Shown here piece after piece: positions 35,080 to 48,250 of a DNA stretch of 64,000 nucleotides. The notes beneath the pieces are model-generated. The model had not been told where the DNA came from. It worked only from the letters and a program-made list of their open reading frames with translations, and did not search any database. The translations under genes and the position numbers were made by a program. How positions within the stretch are numbered: the stretch's first letter is position 1; each line of letters begins with the position of its first letter. The stretch is from Leucoraja erinacea (Eukaryota), in assembly GCF_028641065.1 (NCBI RefSeq), contig NC_073402.1:20956001-21020000 (forward strand), in the 5' to 3' direction.

Positions 35080-35385
35080 TTAGTTTAGCGATACATTGTG
35101 GAGAGAGACCATTCGGCCCATCGAGTCCGCGCCTACCCAGCGATACCCGCACGCTAATACTTTCCTACACCCTAGGGACAATTTACAATTTTTACTAATG
35201 CGAATTAGCCTACAAACCTGTATGTCTTTGGAATGTGGGAGGAATCCGGAGCTCCCGGAGAAAACCCATGCAGGTCACGGGGAGAATGTACAAACTCCGT
35301 ACAGACAGCACCCGTAGTCAGGATCGAACCTGGGTCTCTGGGTTGCTGTCGTACGGCAGCAACACTACCACTGTGACACCATGCC
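35080..35385 (-). mobile_element. HE1/V-SINE-like SINE
   Basis: Tail, V-domain and B box on the minus strand. Confidence 0.85.
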
Positions 35386-35439
35386 ACACTTTACATGGTG
35401 TATTGAGGGAAAGCTTTTCTTTTTGGTTTTATCGCCACT

Positions 35440-35880
35440 TATAACCATATAACAATTACAGCACGGAAACAGGCCATCTCCACCCTTCTAGTCCGTGCCA
35501 AACACATATTCTCCCCTAGTCCCATATACCTGCGCTCAGACCATAACCCTCCATTCCTTTCCCGTCCATATAACTATCCAATTTATTTTTAAATGATAAA
35601 AACGAACCTGCCTCCGCCACCTTCACTGGAAGCTCATTCCACACAGCCACCACTCTCTGAGTAAAGAAGTTCCCCCTCATGTTACCCCTAAACTTCTGTC
35701 CCTTAATTCTCAAGTCGTGTCCCCTTGTTTGAATCGTCCCTACTCTCAGTGGGAAAAGCTTATCCACGTCAACTCTGTCTATCCCTCTCATCATTTTAAA
35801 GACCTCTATCAAATCCCCCCTTAACCTTCTGCGCTCCAAAGAATAAAGCCCTAACTTGTTCAACCTTTCTCTGTAACGTA
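35440..35880 (-). mobile_element. CR1 LINE 3' fragment (second subfamily)
   Basis: Open frame YRERLNKLGLYSLERRRLRGDLIEVFKMMRG...QRVVAVWNELP. Confidence 0.9.
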
Positions 35881-36859
35881 GTTGTTTCAGTCGGTTCACA
35901 ATTCAGCAAATAATTGACCTCACTTATTCTTTGGCAGAAGAAAGAAAGCCACAAAATTCTTTGAATTGCAGCATCATCTATAGCTTCTGTCATTCCATCT
36001 ATAAATCTATTTAAAAAATCAAAATGTTTCTTTGTTTAGTGCATTCCCATCCACAGATTTGTGAATACTAAATGTGCAGAGTCCAGAATCTCTAAAGCTC
36101 AAACTAAATCACTGGGACAAGATTTGCAATGTTATTGAAGTGAGCAATGCTCCCTGATACGGAGAGATTGCCATCCTGCAGATGTGCCACAGGAAGACGG
36201 TGTTTGTTCTCAGACGATCAACGCTGACCACAACTCGATGAAACTCGATGAAAACTCCCTTGGGCTTTGTTAAAATATCTTGATACATAAGGCAGTGAAT
36301 GCAGGTGTCTATGTGGCCCTGTTCCTGATATCAGAGTCCTTGGATCATGGCCAGTGATTGGATTCTTCACCAACTCTTGATTAAGGTTAATTCTAGCTCG
36401 ACAAAGGTCTTCGAGTCACACAGTTGTACAGCACAGAAACAGGCCCTTCGTGCCAACTCGTACACGCCAACCAAAATGCTCCTTTTAAACTAGTCCCATT
36501 CACTGCCGAAACAGTCAGGGATTATGGGGAGAAGGCAGCAGAATGGGATTAGGGGAGAAAGATAGATTGAATAGCAGAGTAGATTTTATGGGCCAAATGG
36601 CCTAATTCTGCTCCTATACCACCCTATGAACACTGCCATTTGGCCTAAATCTCAGGACACCCGCCTATAGTGTTACAGCATCTCACTGTGATGCACAGCC
36701 TGCAGGCTAAGCTTGCTCTGTGATGTCATGGTTTGGATTTGCCCATTCAACAGATTATTTTTGAACGTGGTGGGCAAAATGCCGTGGGCTTGAGATTAAA
36801 ACGTTGATACAAAAAGCAGATTTCTATAAAGCTAGGAATGTTTTAGTTTTTCGAGTTTT

Positions 36860-37143
36860 TGTTTGAGAGATACAGCGTGGAAACAGGAAGGTTGGCCCAC
36901 CGAATCCACACAGCCCAGTGGTCACCCGTACACTAGTCCTATCCTCCACCCCAGGGACCATTTACAGAAGCCAATTAACCTACAAATCTGCACGTCTTTG
37001 GAAATGTGGGATGTAACTGGAGGAAACCAACGCGGTCACAGGGAGAACGTGCAAACTCGATACAGACAGCACCCGGAGTCAGGATCGAACCCGGGTCTTT
37101 GGCACTGTAAGGCAGTAACTCTACCGCTGCTCCACTGTGCTGC
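36860..37143 (-). mobile_element. HE1/V-SINE-like SINE
   Basis: Same head, V-domain and tail organisation. Confidence 0.85.
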
Positions 37144-38267
37144 CTGAGGTCATGGGCAACGATGGTGATGGTTGTCATCTCTCGGTCGAGGTTGGCAGCA
37201 GTTCTCGAATGAGCTCCCAACAGCATCTCCGTATTGGGTTTTGGAGCACCTTGGAAAATGGCAGCTGCTTCAGGTCACTGGTGTGGAAATCCAGGAACAG
37301 ATCTGCGATGGTGCTGGAAACTATCCAACAGGCCCAACTCCTGTGCTGCCAAGAGACAGGGTTGCCGGTAGTCAGTTGGAAGGGGCTTAAATTCAGCTCT
37401 CACCGGACTGAACCTTCGAGGGAGACTTTCCTGAGAGAGTGGCCTCGAGAGATAAAGTAGTTCTTTTAATCTCTATTATGTCTAGTGGGAGATTTCTTCA
37501 CAGGGTGCAGTTCAGTAAACAATTACAACTCTTGGCTACGCTCCAAACTATTCCGAGCCAGAGATAAGAGGACTACTGATGACAAGTACCAATCTATGAT
37601 TAAGGAAGAAGGTGGCATCCCACTCTTGAAGGAGGGGAGGAGCTGTTCAGTTGAGGGGGTGTGAAAGTGGCGCTCAGCAACTATGTTTAACGGTTCCAAT
37701 GCCCGTTACTAAAGGCACAGGAGAACTACCTTTGAAAGAATAAAGGCTACGTATGCACCCATGTTACTGTGTCGTTCAGCACACATATTTGTGACCAAAT
37801 AAACGGGGTAAGACCGAGCTTTTCAAGTTCTCAGCTTTTCTGTCTAATGTTTTGGTCCACAATGTTCCCATTGTTCTCACTTCAAACCAAAACAGCTCAG
37901 ATGTTTGCACTGCCTTCATTCCTAGATAGTGTCTCTTCCCTTTCTTGAACACAAACTGGCTGCACTATCCCGCTCCCTTGGATTTGCCCAAGGTGGCAAC
38001 CTATTGTGATGTGTGTGTGATGCGCAGTGTCGAAGCTCCTTCCCTGATGTCACGGTTTGAGTTGTTGGATTAAATGGACCACATGCCGATGTAATCTTGC
38101 TTGACAAAATCCGTGGACTGTGAAATGTCTTAATAAAGTGGACTGGGGAATGTAATCTGCAGTAAAAGTTAACGATGAATTTACATGCGCATAGAGCCAG
38201 CGAACAGGGTGCTCGGATGCTGGGCAGAGTTGGGTTTATTTCCATTCTGCAAATTAAATAAATGATA

Positions 38268-38590
38268 TGGAACGGTGGCGTAGTGACAGAGCAGCTGCCT
38301 TACAGCACCAGAGACCTGGGTTTGATTCTGACTGTGGCTGTTGTCTGTACGTAGATTGTACATTCTCCCCGTGACTTTTTTTTTCAGGTGCTCTGGTTTC
38401 CTCCCACACTCCAAAGATGTACAAGTTTGTAGGTTAATTGGCTTTGGTTAAAATAAATTGTAAATTTTCACTTGTATATAGGATAGTGTTAGTGTATATA
38501 GGTTAGTGTTATAGGTTAGTGTTAGTGCGCTGGTCGGCGTGGACTTAGATGGCCGAAGGGCCTGTCCCTGTACTGTATCTCTAAACTCTA
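38268..38590 (+). mobile_element. HE1/V-SINE-like SINE
   Basis: acggtggcgtagt head, V-domain, internal (GGTTAGTGTT)-like duplications, tctctaaac tail. Confidence 0.82.
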
Positions 38591-38781
38591 AGGTCCAAAC
38601 GTATATATTTATATTTTGTAGCCATTTAATCAAATCATGGATTTTCTGTTTCTAAATCCCATCTGTCAATTTTTGGTCAATTTATAAACCAAATATTTTG
38701 AGTTGAGATTTTTGCGTCTTTCTTTGGTGTAAACCAGGATGTACAGTTCCTTTCTACACATGTGTGCTTAAGGGTTTGCAT

Positions 38782-38811
38782 CAAAGATCCTATAGCAGAG
38801 CAGGATCTTTG
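38782..38811. mobile_element. 30-bp minimal hAT-type element with perfect 8-bp TSD
   Basis: CAAAGATCCTATAGCAGAGCAGGATCTTTG flanked by GTTTGCAT at 38774-38781 and 38812-38819. Same terminus as the MITE at 8239. Confidence 0.85.
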
Positions 38812-39775
38812 GTTTGCATATCCTACCAACAGCCTGAAATATTGACACAAGGAACAGCAGATGCTGGACACAAGATTGCAACCTTCACGTGGTCCGCCCT
38901 GTTTCGACGAATGCAATCAACCCGGCGTGCACAATCAAATAAGATCAAATAGAACAAGTTGTCCTGCAACTTTAGGCTGTGCACGCCATACGCAAGAAGA
39001 AGAAGATCAGTAATCTTATTAATTTTATCACATCATATCACGATTTGAGAGATTCCTGTTAAGTTTCTTCTCCACGTTCTCTGCTCCAACTAGAATAGCC
39101 CCAGCTGCCTCTATCTGTAATTGATTGAGCTTTAACAAATAAAATTATTTTCAAAGGTTCTCATGACAAAAGATAGGCTGACAAGACCTTTCAAGTTTAT
39201 ACCGCTCCACTTTTTGGAACAAAATGCCACAGTTGCTAATATCCAGTCCTGATGGATTGCTTTCATTTCTCAAGAAGGTTGAACAACTAAAAGTCATCCA
39301 TGGTTTCTTGATGGTAAATGTTCTGCACATTGTGGGGTTGTGATGTGGTAAAAATGATGTTGGAACAACTCAGCAGGTCAGGCAGAATCTGTGGAGAGCA
39401 AAATGATGCCAGGTCTATAACTCTCCATCAGATGGATATGTCAGCAATAATCCTCATAACATCACGTTTATTGACCATTATTGCCCCTTGATTATGTAGC
39501 ATCTTGATATAAAAATCATCACCCTTGTTGAGAAACCCCTCTGTTTCCCTTACCTCCTCCGTCTCCAACCCCTCCCCTCCCCTCCCCTATCCAACTTGCT
39601 CTTAAGTTTATTCCAGCCCTATCTCTGGCAATTCTCTATAATTCTCCACCATATGTCCAAAATTGTTCTGTTATCTATTTCCTCCTTTACTCATAAAGCT
39701 CATTTGCAGTTCTGATAAAAAGTCTCAGACCTGAAATGTTAACTTTTTTCTTTCCATAGTTACTGCTTGATCATT

Positions 39776-40078
39776 TTACTTTAGTTTAGTTTAGGAATAC
39801 AGAGTGGAAACTGGCTCATCGGCCCACCGAACCCACACCGACCAACCCTTCCCACACACCTACACTATCCTACACACACTGTGGACAATTTACAATGACA
39901 CCAAGCCAATTAGCCTACAAACCTGTACATTTTTGGATTGTGGGAGGAAACTGGAGAAAACGCATTCAGGTCATAGGGAGAATGTACACATTCTGTACAT
40001 ACAAGCATCCGTAGTTACGATCAAACCCGGTCCCCTGGCTCTGTAAGGCAGCAACTCTACCGCTGCGCCACCGTGCCG
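39776..40078 (-). mobile_element. HE1/V-SINE-like SINE
   Basis: (TTTAG)n tail through to the ctaccgctgcgccaccgtgccg head. Confidence 0.85.
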
Positions 40079-41700
40079 CACTGCTATGTTTTTCCAGTGT
40101 TCTTTGGTTTCACTCCTTGAGAGATGTGGACTTACCCCAATAACAGCTGCTCCCACCTAACTTTCCAAACTCCTGCCAAACAACGTTGCAATTTGCATCT
40201 CCAATTTCATACGTTCCTCCTAGGTCCAGACTTATCCTTATTCATAAATAGCTGAAACCTGAAGTCATTGTGATCAGTGTTCCCAAAATGCTCTTGCACT
40301 GAAATATCAGTCATCTGGCCAGGCTCATTCCCAAAACAAAACCTTGGATGGACCACCCACAGACTGTTTGGAGAAACCGTCTTGCATAGAAACATAGAAA
40401 ATAGGTGCAGGAGGAGGCCATTTGGCCCTTCGAGCCTGCACCGCCATTCATTGTGATCATAGCTGATCATCCACAATCAATAACCCGTGCCTGCCTTCTC
40501 CCCATATCCCTTGATTCCGCTAGCCCCTAGGAATGTCTTTGGAGTGTGGGAGGAAAGCGGAGAACGTGTAGAAAACCTACGCAGGTCGTGTGGACAGCGC
40601 ACAAACTCTGTACAGACAAGCACCCTTCTTATTTTTTGTTAATTAAATAATAAAATAAGTCTGAGGTTGATTGAGCTGCTCCAGTGGTCTTTGTTCTACC
40701 TGCAAATGGACCAGCCATCTTACCCAATTAGACGCAGATACAACAAGCATAATCAAATTTCATTCTCCACAACATTACTCATGATTACACCATTCTCCCG
40801 GAATAAAGAAATGGTCTGTACTCCCTGCGTTTCATGGCCAAGTGCTGCCGTTACTCCCTTCTCAGTATCTTTGATCACATCTCAAGCAAGCAGTGCAAGG
40901 ACACATTGGTTTTGTCACAAAGCTAGATGATTTATGCAGCTGGTTACTGTGTCCTCCCTTTCCCCCTGCTGCTGGGCCAGTCCTGCCCGCGACCCTCTCA
41001 AGGTTATGAAAAAGGCCAAGGAGAGGTGAATCTTGAGCTGTTAACTCATTGTTGACTGTGATGTAGATTGCTCGGATACTGTTTGTTAAAGGCATTTCTG
41101 AATCAAGGCATAAACGTTGATTACATTTTAGGGGTTTTTTCCTTCACTATATCAATCGATTGTCTTAGTCTCTGCATGTGAGGGGGGCAGCAGGAACACC
41201 CCAAGAACAAATCTTGAGTATATATCATCAGAGACTTCTTTCTAAAACTTTACTGAGAATTATTGTGGAACGTCTTGATGTAAACTGTCAACTCGGTTCA
41301 TTTATTGCATTGGTACTCTTATGTTGGTGATGCTACTTTGAATTAATCTGGTTTGGAAGTGAGCTCCTGTGAAACAATAGGAGATTATTCTCCAGTAATT
41401 CATTTTAGAGTTATGTTTGGATACGGTCTTCATTATTTCCACGTTACCTGAAGTGATGGTGTAAAGATTTAAGTTTTGGTTTACCTATTGAGGCTGTTGT
41501 TGAACAATTCATGTATGTGAAGATGATGTGTGGGGAGTGAAGCTTCATGTAACAATGAGGGTTATTGTACAGTTTTCAAAATGTAATCAACTGGATCTAC
41601 TCCAGAGTTTAAGAACATTATTTTGAATCTGCATTAAAGTTCTCGGGTGACCTGTCTTTAAAAAAAAAATACTGATCCCTCGTTTAATCTCTCTAGCTGA

Positions 41701-42143
41701 AGAAAGACTGGATAGACTCGGCTAGTACTCGCTAGAATTTAGAAGATTGAGGGGGGGATCTTATAGAAACTTACAAAATTCTTAAGGGGTTGGACAGGCT
41801 AGATGCAGGAAGATTGTTCCCGATGTTGGGGAAGTCCAGAACAAGGGGGTCACAGTTTAAGGATAAGGGGGAAATCTTTTAGGACCGAGATGAGGAAAAC
41901 ATTTTTCACACAGAGAGTGGTGAATCTCTGGAATTCTCTGCCACAGAAGGTAGTTGAGGCCAGTTCATTGGCTATATTTAAGAGGGAGTTAGATGTGGCC
42001 CTTGTGGCTAAAGGGATCGGGGGATATGGAGAGAAGGCAGGTACAGGATACTGAGTTGTATGATCAGCCATGATCATATTGAATGGCGGTGCAGGCTCGA
42101 AGGGCCGAATGGCCTACTCCTGCACCTATTTTCTATGTTTCTA
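41701..42143 (+). mobile_element. CR1 LINE 3' fragment (young)
   Basis: Near-identical to the 10102 copy, with one extra G in a G run and a premature stop. Confidence 0.92.
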
Positions 42144-42359
42144 TCCTTTTTAATTGTGTTTTCTTCCAGTTTGTTAATAATCAAAGCTGTAGTAGATAAA
42201 GAGTAATAACTTGCATTTTAGGGAGATGTTTGTGTGTCATGATCATTAATATAAAGACCATTGTCATTAATGGTGATATGATCTAAGCTTTAACCTGATC
42301 CCAGATGTGAGCAATTACTGGCATGTTGAAGTGACAAAACCGTTCTTGTATAGATTATT

Positions 42360-42880
42360 GTGTTCAGTTCTGGGCACCGTGTTATAGGAAGGATGTTGGC
42401 AAGCTGGCAAGGGTACAGAGAAGATTGATGTTGCCCAGACCAGAGGGTCTGAGCTATAGGCAGAAGTTGAGTAGGCTGGCACTATATTCCTTGGAGCTCA
42501 GGAAGATGAGATGTGATCTTATAGAGGTGTATAAGATCATGAGAGGAATAGATCGGGCAAATGCACAGAGCTTCTTGCCCAGAGTAGGCGAATCAAGGAC
42601 CAGAGGATATTGATTTAAGGGGAAAAGATTTAATAGGAATCTGAGGGGTAGCTTTTTCACACAAATGGTGGTGGGTGTATGGAACAAGCTGCCAGAGGAG
42701 GTAGTTGCTGAGGCTGGGACTATCCCAACATTTAAGAAGCATTTGAACAGGTACATGGATAGGACAGGTTTGGAGGGATATGGACTAAATGCTGGCAGGT
42801 GAGACTAGTGTAGCTGGGACATGTTGGCCGGTGTGGACAAGTTGGGCTGAAGGGCCTGTTTCCATGCTGTATCACTCTAT
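42360..42880 (+). mobile_element. CR1 LINE 3' fragment
   Basis: EGLSYRQKLSRLALYSLELRKMRCDLIEVYKIMRG. Confidence 0.85.
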
Positions 42881-43289
42881 GACTCCACGTAGCATTGTTG
42901 AACACTGATGCAAAATGTGGGATTATTTTATAGACCAGTGCCTTTAAAAACTGGGATCGAATCACCATGACTTGATTTGATTTGAAATTTAACATTCAAT
43001 GGTCAATCCTTACTCCAGCTGTTTTATATGAATGAGAAAGCTTTTAACTGTTTAGCTTTCATATTTTTGTTCTTTCCAGTTGGGATATCTTTCAAAGAGA
43101 CTATTGATGAAAATTTCCTTTTTTCCTCTCTGTTACACATGTCCTGGTTACAATGTGTGCATCTTCTTGCAGCAAAGTTCAGTAAAACTCAATAATCCAG
43201 CACCCAGCGATTTTGATGGTGCCAGGTTATTGGATTTTCTGGACTGGTGAATATTACTCCTATTAATAACCAGCATACTTTTTTTTCCG

Positions 43290-44055
43290 CACAGTTTCTT
43301 GAAGAAGTAACCAAGAAGGTTCATGAGGGCAGGGCAGTAGATGTATTGGATTTCAGCACACCTTTCATCGGCTGCTCTGAAAGACTTGAGTACATGAGAT
43401 CCAGGGAGAGCTAGCGAACTGGATACAGAATTGTCTTAATAATAGGGAACAGAGGGAGGTGGTGGAAGGTTGTTTACTGGAGGACAGTGACCAGGCCCAA
43501 TGGCCTGCCTCAGGAGTGCTGGGCTCATTGCTGTTTGACATCTATTTCAAGGATTTGGATGAGAATGTGCGTGGCAAGATTAGTAACTTTGCAGATAACA
43601 CTTATAAATTTCAGAGAAGATTCACGAGGATGTTGCCAGGATTCAAGGGCCTGAGCTATAGAGAGAACTTGGGTAGGCTAGGTTTTTATTCCTTGGAGCG
43701 CAGGAGACTGTGGAGTGATCTTATAGAGGTGAATAAAATCAAGATGGGAATCGATAGACTTTTTCCCATGGGTTGTGGTAGTGAGCATATGTTTGAGGTA
43801 AGAGGGGAAAGATTTAATAGGAACCTGTAGGGCATCTTCTTCACACTTATAGTGTTAGGTACATGGAATGAGGTGGCAGAGAAAGTAGCTGTGGCAGGTA
43901 AAATAATAACATTTAAAAGGCATCTGGACAAGGACATGGATCGGATAGGTGTAGCGGGATATGGGAAATATGCAGGGAAATGGGACTAGCTTAGATCTTG
44001 GGTGTTATGGATGAGTTGGGCTGAACAGCCTGTTTCTGTGCTCTATGAGCCTATG
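43290..44055 (+). mobile_element. CR1 LINE with internal deletion
   Basis: RT motif VLGSLLFDIY..DLD...ISNFADNT joined directly to C-terminal QRRFTRMLPGFKGLSYRE. Confidence 0.8.
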
Positions 44056-44444
44056 ACTTTGTATTCACTTTTTTTCTGGATGTGAAGCAGTAGTGTAATG
44101 AAGTTTCCAGTGAACCAGGTGGGTTTAATGGGACCATGGGAACCTCGCTCCATTGGGTTTAAAAGAAATTGGAGCTCGGTTGCATTTAAAGGGAATATAG
44201 GAGAAGAACAGCTGAGCCCAATGCCAAACCAGCAGGACTTCTGATAAATTGAAGTTTTATCACAGTAGACACACATGTGCGAGCTTTGATAATCTGCGTA
44301 GTCACATATTTTTGTGTTTTTTAGTAAATTTCAAGGGTGAATTATCAGCCCTTTTTATTAATGGTGCTTTTATATTCACCAATTAGCACTGTCATGCTAT
44401 TTTTTCTCAAATATTGATAACCTGAATAATTCACGTGAAAAAAT

Positions 44445-44477
<33 letters not shown>

Positions 44478-45579
44478 GTATATGTATGAATATTGCCTAA
44501 CTTTAAGTAACCCTTGCTTTCCCTTTATCTCCAACCCTCCCCCTTCCTAGTTTACCGACCAGTCTGACGGTCCCCTTCATTAAATGTTATCTCTGTATTC
44601 TTTGCTGTCACCTTCTTCCAGCTAACAATGATCTATTCTACATTTTCCTTGAACTTCCTCCCCTTTCATGTCTCATTTTTACACTTGCACTTCCTTATCT
44701 CTGCGTCTGCCTCTCCCCTGACTCTCAGTCTGAAGAAGGGTCTCGACCCAAAATGTCACCCATTCCTTCTTTCCAGAGATGCTGCCTGTTCCGCTGAGTT
44801 ACTCCAGCATTTTGTGTCTATCTTATATGTGAGTATCTATTTCTTTATCTATACACACTCACACTGAACTTTTTTTTCTCGTTTATTATATTGCTTACAG
44901 AGTTTACATATTCTGTTGTGCTGCTGCAAGTAAGAATGTCATTGCACTATCTGGGACCTGTGACAATAAAGCACTTGGCTCTTGAGAATGGAAATCTGTC
45001 ACTCGGATTTCTGTTAACCTGTGAGGTGCCTTTAAAATTACAGAAGGGCGGGTCAGTTACTAGAGGTGAGATCACATGATAAGCATGTGTCAGCTGAGCA
45101 GTGAAAAGTGCTTGTGGAATTGGAAGGGTTGCACCCTGAAGACAGCATGGAGCCAGCATTAGTGGTCATTGGTAGGACACAGGTAAAACAGGAGCAACAC
45201 CCCCAAATATAATACACAATTAAGTTCCTTTTATGTAGATTTTAAAAAATGTTTCAAAAACGTTTTGATGCAAGGAAAATAAATCTCTTTTTAAAAAGTA
45301 GATGCAAATGTGAAGCACTTGGGACAATGTAGCAGAGATGTAACTCAATCCAAGAATTATAATCAGGAGTGAATCTGCTTTATGTTCAATAAGATCATGG
45401 CTGGTCTTTTAGCTCTGAAGCACTTTTCGTTGTTTCATTAAATATCCAAGCATTGATCAAGCTGGTTTTCTGTAAGGGTGAATCTTTACTTCTGTTCCCC
45501 ACCACTTAATCCCCTCCGACCACCACTTGTTAATGACCCCGACTAATTACCCCCCCTTCCCCACCCACAAACATTAACA

Positions 45580-45591
45580 TCCCCCCTCCCA

Positions 45592-45620
<29 letters not shown>
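45580..45620. repeat. Poly-C tract
   Basis: Directly visible run of C. Confidence 0.9.
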
Positions 45621-45622
<2 letters not shown>

Positions 45623-45846
45623 GTCTCCCCGAATTGAACCGATTATCTCAGGCACATTGCTGGCAACAGACAGTGCAACATGCGTTAGTTGTAATTGCTG
45701 GAGTACATACAGTTTCATTCAGGAAAATTGTTGCAAACAAGATGGTTGTTGTGCACGGGGATCTCAAGAGTTCAAGTTCAAGAGACTGCACCACTTGGTA
45801 CAGGGAGATTTCAAGAGACATTCAGTCAATCAATGCAATGCCAATT

Positions 45847-46092
45847 GGCGGCACAGTGGTGCAACTGGTACATACAGTCCCACAACACCAGAAACCTGTG
45901 TTTGACCCTGACCTCAAGTGCTGCCTGTGTGGCATTTGTACATTCTCCCTGTGTCTGCGTTGGTTTGGTTTGGTGTGGTTGCTCTGATTTTCTCCCATAT
46001 CCCAAAGACGTGCGGGTTTGTAGGTTAATTGGCCTCTGTAAAAATGCCCCTTATGTATAAGGAGTGGATGAGAAAATGGGATCATGTAGAAT
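45847..46092 (+). mobile_element. HE1/V-SINE-like SINE, followed by a fold-back element (46093-46218) with TSD TCATGTAGAAT
   Basis: ggcggcacagtggtgc head and V-domain. Direct repeat at 46082-46092 and 46219-46229. Confidence 0.75.
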
Positions 46093-46349
46093 TAATATTT
46101 AAGAAGAAACTGCAGATGCTGGACAATCAAAGGTAGACAAAAATGCTGGAGAAACTCAGCGTATCGCATCGTAGATGCTGCCTCACCCGCTGAGTTTCTC
46201 CAACATTTTTGTCTACCTTCATGTAGAATCAAATCTGAATTCTCCAATTTCAGATAACCTCCCCCTCTATCCCCCATGCCCCATCTGATCTTTCACCTAT
46301 TTCTCCCTTCCTTGCTACTGCTACTTGCTTCCTCCTGTTTTCACAATAG

Positions 46350-46770
46350 CATATGATGAGTGTTTGTGGCACTGGGCCTCTACTCGCTGGAGTTTGGACG
46401 GTTGAAACTTACAGAATAATGAAAGGTATAGGTAGGGTGAATGTGGAAAAGATGATTCCACTGGTGGGAGTGTCATAGGTCATAGCCTCAGAATTGAAGG
46501 GCGATCTTTTAGAAGGGAGGTGAGGATGAACCTCTTTAGTCAGAGCGTAGTTAATCTGTGGAACTCATTGCCACAGAGGGCTGTTTGAGGCCAAGTCAGC
46601 GGATATCTTTAAGGGAGTGAAAGCTAAATTCTTGATTAGAACGGGTGTCAAAGGCTATGGGGAGAAGGCAGGAAAATGACATTGGGTGGCAGAGATCAGC
46701 CATGATTGAGTGGCGTGGACTCAATGGGCTGAATGGCCTAATTCTACTCCTATAACTTGTGAACTTGTGA
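46350..46770 (+). mobile_element. CR1 LINE 3' fragment (decayed)
   Basis: ctgggcctctactcgctggagttt...agttaatctgtggaactcattgccacag...; aacttgtg-type tail. Confidence 0.75.
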
Positions 46771-47207
46771 GTCCACAAGTTTAAAGCTCAATTTAAACCT
46801 GTCTCTGTCTCACACCTTATCAATCTAAAGAAGGATCTTGATCAGAAGCTTCACCTTTCCATGTTCTCCAGAGATGGACACAAAATGCTGGTGTACCTCG
46901 ATGGGTCAGGCAGCATCTCTGGAGAAAAGGAATAGGTGACGTTTCAGGTTGAAACCCTGCTTCAGGCCCCTGGCTGACCTGTTACTCCAGCACTTTGTGT
47001 CCTTTTGTGTTTTAACCAGAATCTACAGAATAGAGTTACAGGCTATGTGAAAAATATATAGTACAATCTTAAAGGGAATACCCGGCTAGGAAAACCTGGG
47101 GACTTTTTGCATAAAGCTCTAAAAATGGTTGGGTCAGTTGATAAATTGTAATGTTGATTGTGGAACATTTACTGCTGCTTAATTAAAGGAACAGTGTGGA
47201 TTATCTG

Positions 47208-47472
47208 TGTAAGAATGAACTGCAGTTGCTGGTTTAAATCGAAGGTCGCACAAAATGCTGGAGTAACTCAGCGGGACAGACAGCATCTCTGGAGAGAAGG
47301 AATGGGCAACGTTTCGTGTCGAGACCCTTCTTCAGACTGATGTCAGGGGAGTGGGCGGGACAAGGATAGAATGTAATCGAAGGCAGTAAGACTGGTGGGA
47401 GAACTGGGAAGGGGGAGGGGATGGAGAGAGAGGGATAGTAATGGCTACTTGAAGTTAGAGAAGTCAATTGCT

Positions 47473-47505
<33 letters not shown>

Positions 47506-48250
47506 GGTGGGGCTACCCAAGTGAAATATGAGGTGCTGTTCCTCCAATTTGTGCTGGGACTTACTCTGACAATGGAGGTGGCCCAGGACAGAAAGGTCAG
47601 TGTGGGAATGGGAGGGGGTGTTAAAGTGTTTAGCATCCTGGAGATCAGGTAGGTTAAGGCGGACTGAGCAGAGGTGTTCAGCTAAACGATCGCCGGGCCC
47701 GTGCTTGGTCTCGCTGATGTACAGATGTTGACACCTGGAGCAGCGGATACAGTAGGTGAGGTTGGAGGGAGGTGCAAGGGACAAGTGTTGCATCTCCTGC
47801 GGTTGCAGGGGAAAGTACCTGGGGAGGGGGTGGTTTGGGTGGGAAGGGAACGAGTTGACCAGGGAGTTGCGGAGTGAACGGTCTCTGCGGAAAGCAGAAA
47901 GGGGTGGAGATAGGAAGATGTGGCCAGTAGTGGGATCTCGTTGGAGGTGGTGAAAGTGTTGGAGGATTATATGCTGTATGCGATGACTGCTGGGGTGGAA
48001 GGGGGGACAAGAGGGACTCTGTCCTTGTTGCGAATGGGGGAGCGGGGGAGCAAGAGCGGAGCTGTGGGATATCGAGGAGACCCTAGTGAGAGCCTCATCT
48101 ATAATGGAAGAGGGGAACCCCGTTTCCTAACGAATTAGGACATCTCCGATGACTTAGTATGGAAAACCTCATCCTGGGCGCAGATGCAGTGTAGATGAAG
48201 GAATTGGTTAGTAGGGGATAGAGTCTTTACAGGGAGCAGGGTGGGAAGAA
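47208..48250 (-). mobile_element. Penelope-like element 3' end: GIY-YIG endonuclease remnant plus 3' unit with hammerhead motif
   Basis: Minus strand SNLTYCIRCSRCQHLYISETKHGPGDRLAEHL...HKLEEQHLIFHLGS...DFSNFK*, continuous with CTGAAGAAGGGTCTCGACACGAAACGTT (47335-47308) and the short-repeat body. Confidence 0.88.

Noticed and set aside
37145-37460. Possible exon or LINE remnant (PTDYR-like motif on the minus strand)
   Set aside because: No consistent splice sites or sustained homology; needs a BLASTx search.
47474-47504. Poly-G / poly-Pro coding tract
   Set aside because: Homopolymer inside a dead Penelope-like fragment; its length may be a sequencing artefact.
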